36,488 bases of DNA from a virus (taxonomy: Duplodnaviria > Caudoviricetes), in the IMG/VR virus record IMGVR_UViG_3300044825_001479, positions 1-36,488 of that record. One strand, given 5' to 3'. The position numbers and the translations under genes are program-made. Below the pieces are notes generated by a model, which had not been told where the DNA came from, did no database searches, and worked only from the letters and a program-made list of their open reading frames with translations. Each line of letters opens with the position of its first letter. Positions within the stretch are counted from its first letter, which is position 1. Positions 9,066-15,774 of this stretch are shown here, in pieces.

Positions 9066-9573
9066 TCGGTCGTTCCTTCCGTAGGGTACTAACCAGATCC
9101 TCCAATAGACCCCGGCCCTGACCGTCCTTCGGAGCGTCTACCTTCTCCAGGATAGCGGCCTTGTCCGAGGCGATAGCGGCACCGGTCAGCAGGTTCTTCA
9201 TGTCGTCCGCCGGAACGGCGTCCACCTTCTTATCGATCACTCGACCCGAGCCCGTGCCCTTGATCAAGTGGTATTGCTGCCCAGGTTCAGGCAACGCCCG
9301 GCTGAGCGTCTCCTCCTCAGCACGACGCCACATGATAGCCAACCTGGCCCGCCTGGCCTTGGCGTCTTCCGCAGTTGCCGCCGTGGCTTTTTGAGTCAAT
9401 GCACGTCCCGACGGTACCTCCCCTGCTGCTCGAACGACGGATGAGACGGCGCTCTTTGACCGGCCCGTCTGCCTGCTCGTCTCGCTCACGTTGTCGCATC
9501 GTCGGAACACGTCGAGGATGTGCGCCCTTTCCTCTTCACCGATCGGCCCGCTGCGCTTCTGGAGGTTCGCCAC
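9058..9573 (-). CDS. HTH protein, probable terminase small subunit
   Basis: N-terminal HTH (NVSETSRQTGRSKSAVSSVV) plus helical body, just upstream of terL. Confidence 0.65.
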   Translation of the reverse strand: MANLQKRSGPIGEEERAHILDVFRRCDNVSETSRQTGRSKSAVSSVVRAAGEVPSGRALTQKATAATAEDAKARRARLAIMWRRAEEETLSRALPEPGQQYHLIKGTGSGRVIDKKVDAVPADDMKNLLTGAAIASDKAAILEKVDAPKDGQGRGLLEDLVSTLRKERPNG

Positions 9574-9578
9574 GTTGG

Positions 9579-9902
9579 TTACTCTACCTCGACCCTAGGG
9601 CACACGGTGCATTGGGGGTCGCCGCACCGGTACCACCAGGGCCACACTGCATCGGGCATCTTGCCTATCATACAGGCGTATTTGTCGGCCGAGTCCTCGG
9701 GGATCCCATCCCTTTGGTACCGGCGCACTGTACGTACGTCGATGCCGAGTCGCTCTGCGATCGCACCGTGTCCGATCGGGTGCCCGTCTGCCGATTTGAC
9801 CGACGGAGGCCCGACCACGATCCCCATCGCGGCAGCTAGCCTGCTGAGCGGGAATCGCTTAGGTCGGTGGACCTCAAAGTCCGGTACTTCCGAATCCGGC
9901 AT
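9579..9902 (-). CDS. HTH DNA-binding protein (start uncertain)
   Basis: AIAERLGIDVRTVRRY HTH; C-terminal CxxxxCxxC. Confidence 0.65.
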   Translation of the reverse strand: MPDSEVPDFEVHRPKRFPLSRLAAAMGIVVGPPSVKSADGHPIGHGAIAERLGIDVRTVRRYQRDGIPEDSADKYACMIGKMPDAVWPWWYRCGDPQCTVCPRVEVE

Positions 9903-10701
9903 CGCCTCTCTCCGATGTCGACAGATCCCGGTGCTCGACTCGTTCGATACCCATTCCTGCAGCGTACGTCGGGAACGGCACGAGCTGAGCTAGACGCTCG
10001 CCTGGTTCGATGTGCTGCACCTTGCTGCCCACGTTGCGGACGATGACGAACATGTCGCCTCGGTACCCGGCGTCGATGACACTGGGGTTGACCAGGAGCC
10101 CTCGGTTTTTGAACGAGGACGACCTCCCGATCAGCAGCGCCCACATGCCGTATGGCCATTCCAATGCCACACCACACGGCACGTCCACGACTTCCCAGGG
10201 CCGCACCTGCAGCGTCTCGGCCCCGGCGTAGGCGAGATCGAACCCGGCGTCGTCCTGGTGTACGCGCAGGACCTCCCCATGCCCCGCCACCTTTGCCGAA
10301 TACCCCGACACCTCTGCCGCCGGTTCCTGTTCCAGCCAATGTACGGCTGAGGCCACGTCGGGAAACACCGGTACGTCCAGGCCCATGAGCGTGTAGCTCG
10401 TGTGGTCGTGCACCACGGCGACCGGGATCCCGCAGTCCAAGGCTCGCTTGATCTCGATCGGGACTCCGATGCTCGCCGTTCCCCGGGGCAGTAACGCCAA
10501 CACGGCATCGCTACTCTCAAGGGCCACGACGTTCACCAGCTCCGGCCAGTTCGTGTACTCGCCCTGCATATTGAACGCCTGGCTCGGATCGAACACCGAG
10601 AACCCAGCGCACTGGAGCCGCTCCTTGGCCTCGGCTCTCCAGGCGGTGACGTTCGTGTCCGTCCGCCCCTGATCGATCGGGCTTGCCAGGTAGATATTCA
10701 T
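9874..10701 (-). CDS. Fusion of a nucleoside-2-deoxyribosyltransferase/DNPH1-like N-glycosidase domain and a trimeric dUTPase-fold domain
   Basis: N-domain IYLASP, VFDP, SDAVLA, SIGVPIEI..A..CGIPV. C-domain has all five dUTPase motifs: AGFDL, GRSS, VIDAGYRG, GERLAQL, RGDAGFGSTG. Confidence 0.88.
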   Translation of the reverse strand: MNIYLASPIDQGRTDTNVTAWRAEAKERLQCAGFSVFDPSQAFNMQGEYTNWPELVNVVALESSDAVLALLPRGTASIGVPIEIKRALDCGIPVAVVHDHTSYTLMGLDVPVFPDVASAVHWLEQEPAAEVSGYSAKVAGHGEVLRVHQDDAGFDLAYAGAETLQVRPWEVVDVPCGVALEWPYGMWALLIGRSSSFKNRGLLVNPSVIDAGYRGDMFVIVRNVGSKVQHIEPGERLAQLVPFPTYAAGMGIERVEHRDLSTSERGDAGFGSTGL

Positions 10702-11048
10702 GGCCACCTTCCCTCCTGCTTGATGTACTGCGCCATGGTCGAGTACACGCCCAGGTCATGCCACGTGTCCTCGCTTGGCTGGTGTCCCTTGTACAGCGAG
10801 TCCATCACTCGCTGCATCTTACCGTACGCATATAGCGCACAGCCGATCTCCAGCGCCTCGGCATCGTTATACGGCCCGACATCGCCTCGGGCTCGCATAA
10901 ACACCCGGCCCATCGCTGCCAGCGAGTTCGATCCGTACTCCTCCGCCTTGGCTTGGATCGTTGGTGCGGTCGAGTCCACCAAGGCGTGCCACCAGGCGGT
11001 AAATCCCGAGAACGGATCTACGCACGCAGGTTCCAGGTGCTCGCTCAC
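10698..11048 (-). CDS. Small all-helical MazG-like (DUF1599-type) nucleotide-modification protein
   Basis: KAEEYG...GKMQRV...EDTWHDLGVYSTM pattern; translationally coupled to purZ. Confidence 0.6.
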   Translation of the reverse strand: MSEHLEPACVDPFSGFTAWWHALVDSTAPTIQAKAEEYGSNSLAAMGRVFMRARGDVGPYNDAEALEIGCALYAYGKMQRVMDSLYKGHQPSEDTWHDLGVYSTMAQYIKQEGRWP

Positions 11049-12115
11049 TTGAGCCTCCAGGCGATGGAGTTGGCGCCGGTCGTGTAGCCGTCGACCGTGA
11101 CCCCGCAGTCCGCCTCGACTGCCTGCAGGAACTTCGCCGCCCGCTCGGTCAGCTTACCCTCCCCGTCGGCCATCGTCGGGTCGATGTAATCGAGGAACGT
11201 GACCACCAGGTGGGTATGGGCCGACGGTGCCCCGTTGGCGATCATGGCCTTCTTGACGAGCACCGAGTCCCACTGTCCGATTCGCCTGGGTTTCTGCGTC
11301 ACGGTCGTGAGTTCCGGTCCCTGGATGTATCCGTCCGTGTACTCCTGCATGTGGTTCCAATCGACCTCGCCCCGCAGCGGGCCGGAGTTGCCCGCCACTC
11401 TGATCGGGAAAGTCCGGGCCACTACCCACACGTCCAGGCCCAGGTCACGCCGCCACGGCGAGATCCCGGCCATGGCCAGGAAGTCGATAGCTCTGCAGTC
11501 GCTGGAGGTGCAGTACGGATAGAACCCGGCGTGCAACCCGAGCCCGTATCCCTGGGTGCCTTCCACGATGACGCACTCGTTGAGCGCCAGCCGCTCGTTC
11601 AATAGCGTCGCTGTGTCGTTGCCGCCGTCGAAGTCCCAGATCGCTGCCGACCGATCCAGCCTCGCCATCCTGGCCTGGCCGATGCCCTTGGCGGTCGAGC
11701 CGAATCGGTGGTTGTAGTCGCTTCCGGCTTCGGCCTGCTTGTGGCTCTCCTCCAGGACGGTGGCCTGACCGTCGATCACCAGGCGCTCACTGACCTCGTA
11801 GCCCGCCTGGTCAAGCAGGTCGACCTCGTATTCAAGGACGGACTCGTCGATTTCGGACCCGGCGCCCAGCACGAGCTGAATCGAGTTGTCCACGACAGCG
11901 GCGACCGGGATTTGGCGAAGTGCGTACTTCACGCCGTCGATATGGCCGACCGCCGAGTGGCCTGCGTTAGGACCGGCCACTCGCACTGCGGTGACCGGGT
12001 ACCCGCTGTTGATCCGCCTGGCAGCGATCTGAGCGGTCACGTGACCCTTGGCTTCGCTCCCGAACTGACCACCGACCACGACGTCCAGCTGGCCGATCGT
12101 TGTATTCTCGCTCAT
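11045..12115 (-). CDS. purZ: PurZ (2-amino-deoxyadenylosuccinate synthase), PurZ0-like
   Basis: Short PurA homolog. GGQFGSEAKG has Ser in place of the catalytic Asp of GDEGKG. Also GPNAGH, GSTAKGIG, EGTQG, RTFPIRVAGNSGPL, TTVTQKPRRIG and C-terminal TFLD. Confidence 0.93.
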   Translation of the reverse strand: MSENTTIGQLDVVVGGQFGSEAKGHVTAQIAARRINSGYPVTAVRVAGPNAGHSAVGHIDGVKYALRQIPVAAVVDNSIQLVLGAGSEIDESVLEYEVDLLDQAGYEVSERLVIDGQATVLEESHKQAEAGSDYNHRFGSTAKGIGQARMARLDRSAAIWDFDGGNDTATLLNERLALNECVIVEGTQGYGLGLHAGFYPYCTSSDCRAIDFLAMAGISPWRRDLGLDVWVVARTFPIRVAGNSGPLRGEVDWNHMQEYTDGYIQGPELTTVTQKPRRIGQWDSVLVKKAMIANGAPSAHTHLVVTFLDYIDPTMADGEGKLTERAAKFLQAVEADCGVTVDGYTTGANSIAWRLK

Positions 12116-12151
12116 TATTGTGCCCTCCCGGGCTGTGTAGGGGCCTGCATC

Positions 12152-12610
12152 TTAGCGGCCCGCGTGATCTACTCGCAACTGATGGTAAGCCAAGTGGTAC
12201 TCGGCGTCGAGTGAGTGTTGGGTGCCTCCTTCCTTCCACGTCCAACCAAGCTGGGGCGCCACGGTCGCAATCGGCTTCTTGATCGGCGGGAGCTGTTCCT
12301 TGATCGGCGTATCGTTCGCCTTGCATAGCCACTTGATCGTGCCGATGACCTCGGCCGTCGGGACAGGCGACCATGCCTGCTGCTCCAGGAGCCACGGGTA
12401 GAGTCGGTATCCCTCGAAAATGACCAGCTCCACCGGATTGGCGCCCTTCTGCGCTTGGCGCAGGTTATCGACCAGGAAATCGAACAACTGGTCTGGCGTG
12501 TACGTGTCGACCCAGGACGCTGACTTGGGCTTCTTCACCTTCCCAGTGTCGTGCGATACCGCCACTCCACAGTGGACCTCGCCGGGGTCGATGGCGACGA
12601 TATAGCTCAC
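12152..12610 (-). CDS. RuvC-like Holliday junction resolvase
   Basis: GTG at 12610; IVAIDPG..HCGVA, VIFEGY, HSLDA acidic motifs. Confidence 0.75.
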   Translation of the reverse strand: MSYIVAIDPGEVHCGVAVSHDTGKVKKPKSASWVDTYTPDQLFDFLVDNLRQAQKGANPVELVIFEGYRLYPWLLEQQAWSPVPTAEVIGTIKWLCKANDTPIKEQLPPIKKPIATVAPQLGWTWKEGGTQHSLDAEYHLAYHQLRVDHAGR

Positions 12611-12792
12611 CGGAGATTCTTCCTGTGAACCTGTACGGCCTCGGGCCGGATACCCGTGTCCTTGATCCGGACCAGGACACCACAGTCGGCGCAGGTTCCC
12701 CGTCGCAGGCCCTGGGCGTAGTCCACGTCCTCTGGCGGGTCCAGGTCCAGGATCGGGTGGGAGCACATCAGGCGCCCTGACATCTCACTCAT
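12607..12792 (-). CDS. Small putative Zn-binding protein
   Basis: CSH...CADCG; overlaps both neighbours. Confidence 0.55.
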   Translation of the reverse strand: MSEMSGRLMCSHPILDLDPPEDVDYAQGLRRGTCADCGVLVRIKDTGIRPEAVQVHRKNLR

Positions 12793-12952
12793 GATCTAGC
12801 CTCTTCTTTCCGGTCGGGAAGGCAACCACGCCTCTATAGTAGTCCTCAAATGTCTGGCTCAGGATCGAGCCGATGCAGTCGGCCTGCGTCTCGTCGTCGT
12901 CGCTGACCGCCACTCCACAGTGGGCTGCTCCTGGGTCGACGGCGACGATCAC
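12785..12952 (-). pseudogene. Chimeric remnant ORF: resolvase N-terminus fused to duplicated polymerase C-terminus
   Basis: VIVAVDPGAAHCGVAVS resembles the resolvase start YIVAIDPGEVHCGVAVS. ETQADCIGSILSQTFEDYYRGVVAFPTGKKRLD is identical to the polymerase end. Confidence 0.8.
12798..12894. repeat. 97-bp perfect direct repeat, copy 1
   Basis: Identical to 13689-13785 (agcctcttctttccggtcggg...ggcctgcgtctcgt). Confidence 0.95.
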
Positions 12953-13677
12953 CCGTACCCACCTTCGTGCTCCGCTGGAACCCACAACGAATCGTGTTGC
13001 AGCCCTTGCTCTTCTCGTCGAGTCACCCCGCTGTTCGGTGAGAGCGTGAGACGCTGGACCGAAGTCGTGATCGGCACCCAGTGAGGCGGAGCCGAGAACT
13101 CCGACACAAAGACGTGAGCTCCCCGTCCGACCCACTCGTCCATTACCAACCAGAAGGCCGGGTGGTCAAAGCCTTTGGAGTCCCGGAACCCGACTCCAAC
13201 GTCGGCGTAAGGCGGGTCCGCGTAGACAACGGTACCGGCCTGCGGTTGCCACCACTCATACGACCGGTGTGAGAAACGGAGGTCCAGGCCGAGAAGACGA
13301 GCACGAGTCTTAGCTAGGCTGCGAGCAGATGTCGCCACCAGCCTCTCTGTGTAACCGCCGAACCACTTTCCTCCGAAGCTTGCTCCGAACCCGGCGAAAG
13401 CTCGCAGTGCGCTCGGCTCGGCGGTCTTCAGGTAAACGTACTCCTCCCGACTCAGCGACACGGGAGGCTCCCAGCCTCGCATAAGGGCCTGGTAGAGCAG
13501 GACTAGATCTTCGTTCACGTCGGAGGCCCGAGTCAACCCGAAGTGCGGAGCCATCACTTCCAGCATCGACCCGCCGCCGACAAAAGGTTCAAGATAACGC
13601 GCCCTCTCGGTTGTCGCCGCCAGGATGGCGGGCTTGAAGTGCTTCCGCTGTCGGAACTTTCCACCTACGTACTGCAT
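12949..13677 (-). CDS. DNA N6-adenine methyltransferase (D12/Dam-like class)
   Basis: MQYVGGK, YLEPFVGGGS (SAM binding), SDVNEDL, VVYADPPY (catalytic), FVSE. Confidence 0.9.
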   Translation of the reverse strand: MQYVGGKFRQRKHFKPAILAATTERARYLEPFVGGGSMLEVMAPHFGLTRASDVNEDLVLLYQALMRGWEPPVSLSREEYVYLKTAEPSALRAFAGFGASFGGKWFGGYTERLVATSARSLAKTRARLLGLDLRFSHRSYEWWQPQAGTVVYADPPYADVGVGFRDSKGFDHPAFWLVMDEWVGRGAHVFVSEFSAPPHWVPITTSVQRLTLSPNSGVTRREEQGLQHDSLWVPAEHEGGYG

Positions 13678-13678
13678 T

Positions 13679-15553
13679 TCACTTGTCCAGCCTCTTCTTT
13701 CCGGTCGGGAAGGCAACCACGCCTCTATAGTAGTCCTCAAATGTCTGGCTCAGGATCGAGCCGATGCAGTCGGCCTGCGTCTCGTTATCCACCTCGACCC
13801 ATACTGAGTCGTGGATCTGTAATACCATGACCCCGGGCCACCCAGCCTCGATCTTGATCATGGCGTCCTTCATCAGTTCAGCGACGCTGCCCTGTACTAC
13901 CTGATTCCACGCTTTGCGTGTCTCCTCCCCTGGTGCGAACCATCGCTGTCGATTGCCGGCAAGTCGAACCCAGCTGCGCCGCCGGGCCAGGTTCTCGGAT
14001 CGGTGGCCCATCGCCAACATCTTCGGCATCCGCTGCCCGTATAGCTTCAGCCAGCGATCCACCTGATCGACGGTGACCTGGAGCCCGGTCCACTTGGCGA
14101 TCTCGGCCTGGATGGTGCGGGCACCAGCCCCATACAGAATACCGAACCCGAGTCGCTTCGAGACGGCTCGGTACTTCTCCCATTCCGGGCTGTCCTGTTC
14201 GATTTCGAACACCAGGCGGCACGTGGCGTCGTGGGCGTCATAACCAGCGGCGAACTCGGCCAGCATGCGCTCCTCCTTGGCGATCGCTGCGGCCACTCGA
14301 AACTCGGCCTGGCTGAGGTCCAGCTCCCATAGCTGTTTGTCCTTGGGCGCTGTGAACAGATCCCGTACGGGGCGCACGCCGTCCACGAACTGGTAATCGT
14401 GCGGGATCGCCTGGAGCTGGATGCGCTCAACGCTGAGCCTCCCCGAGATCGTGCCTCGCCCGTCTTCGTTCTTGGTCTGGTGGAACACGCACCGGAGACG
14501 GCCGTCCTCCCCGGCCAACCTGGTCCATCCCTCGTACCACTTCGACAGGGCGGACCCCACCTTGACGTACTCGGCGTAATCGGCTGCTCCTGGTACGTTC
14601 TGCTCCACCAGGATGCGTACGCTTTCTTCGTCGATGCTGGGTTGACCGGTCTTGTCGCTGACCTTCGAGGGCGGGTAACCCAGCTCATCGAAGAAGTATC
14701 GTTTGGCACCCTGGGCGGTCGGTGGTCTGAACGGCAGGTCACGCCCGAGCTGGCCGTGCTTTACTTGGAGCTTGGCAGCCTCGACTCGAGCCTGTTGTAC
14801 GTCGAACCCGATACCCCGCATCTCCATTTTGGTCAAGGTCCGCATAAGCCCGATTTCCCGGTGTACGACCTCCCACGGGATCTGGCCCTCCTCGACCAGC
14901 TCGTACTGCTCCTGCCCTAGGCGCAGCGCCAGCTCAGCGTCCTTGGCTGCATACGGGCCGAGGATCTCCCACGGGGCCAGGTCGTATCGCTTCCGGTCCC
15001 GCTTGCCCGACACGCCGATGCTCTTGTGTGCAGGCTGGTCGACCCAGGCTCGGAGTTTCTGCTCAAGGTCCGCTTCTTCGTCGCCCCACAACCGACCGGC
15101 TGTGGCTTTGAGGGCCACGCTACTAAAGGGCCACAGTAGCGGCGAGATCACCGACGTATCCCAAACCACCTGGTTCGTCAAATCCCGGCCCGGAGCCGCC
15201 ACCTCTCTAGACAGGGACAGGCAAGGCCGGAGTCCTCGCTTCAGGAACATCAGGTCGAATTTGATATTGTGGCCGAGGAGACTGCACTCGCTCAGCCGGT
15301 CCAGTAGCTGGTTCCAGTCGGATGGCCCGAGGTTTATGTCGTCCAGACTGAACAGATCGGGCTGCACTCCCTTGGGAAGGTCCATCTTGTCCAGGCACCC
15401 GTGGTCGAACGGCAGTACCGAGGTCCGTAGCTCGCCGTCCTCGTGCCAGGCCAGCGAAACCACGCTGAGCCATTCTCGGTTGTCCGGGTGAAGGCCGCTC
15501 GTCTCGGTGTCGACGGCCACGATCGTGCCAGGCGCTGGTAGGTCAGCCAACAT
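13679..15553 (-). CDS. Family A DNA polymerase with 3'-5' exonuclease (candidate DpoZ)
   Basis: Exo motifs DTETSG, HNIKFD, YAAKD. Pol motifs A (DLSQAEFR), B (RAVSKRLGFGILYG), C (QIHDS). No 5'-3' exonuclease domain. Confidence 0.92.
   Translation of the reverse strand: MLADLPAPGTIVAVDTETSGLHPDNREWLSVVSLAWHEDGELRTSVLPFDHGCLDKMDLPKGVQPDLFSLDDINLGPSDWNQLLDRLSECSLLGHNIKFDLMFLKRGLRPCLSLSREVAAPGRDLTNQVVWDTSVISPLLWPFSSVALKATAGRLWGDEEADLEQKLRAWVDQPAHKSIGVSGKRDRKRYDLAPWEILGPYAAKDAELALRLGQEQYELVEEGQIPWEVVHREIGLMRTLTKMEMRGIGFDVQQARVEAAKLQVKHGQLGRDLPFRPPTAQGAKRYFFDELGYPPSKVSDKTGQPSIDEESVRILVEQNVPGAADYAEYVKVGSALSKWYEGWTRLAGEDGRLRCVFHQTKNEDGRGTISGRLSVERIQLQAIPHDYQFVDGVRPVRDLFTAPKDKQLWELDLSQAEFRVAAAIAKEERMLAEFAAGYDAHDATCRLVFEIEQDSPEWEKYRAVSKRLGFGILYGAGARTIQAEIAKWTGLQVTVDQVDRWLKLYGQRMPKMLAMGHRSENLARRRSWVRLAGNRQRWFAPGEETRKAWNQVVQGSVAELMKDAMIKIEAGWPGVMVLQIHDSVWVEVDNETQADCIGSILSQTFEDYYRGVVAFPTGKKRLDK
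13689..13785. repeat. 97-bp perfect direct repeat, copy 2 (3' end of polymerase gene)
   Basis: Identical to 12798-12894. Confidence 0.95.
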
Positions 15554-15626
15554 AGCTACTCCCCGGGGTACGGGCTCCGAAGAAAGATACCCACACAATG
15601 GACAACAACGACCCGAAAACTCGCCT

Positions 15627-15672
15627 CATAAGATACTTATATATACCGTACCCTACGTACCCTACGTACCCT
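15627..15672. repeat. AT-rich patch plus ~3 tandem 9-mers (CGTACCCTA); candidate replication origin
   Basis: cataagatacttatatata followed by cgtacccta-cgtacccta-cgtaccct in the gap between primase-helicase and polymerase. Confidence 0.55.
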
Positions 15673-15774
15673 GGAGGTTCTTCGCCCCGTCCTTCCGGGA
15701 TCTGGCAGGGTGCGTTCTCGGGTGCGCAGGGTATGATCTGCTCGGATATGTCCCTACTCGCCGTGGTCATGCGC

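Noticed and set aside
11045-12115. Ordinary PurA auxiliary metabolic gene
   Set aside because: The catalytic Asp is replaced by Ser, and the PIRV/NSGP motifs and gene context fit PurZ.
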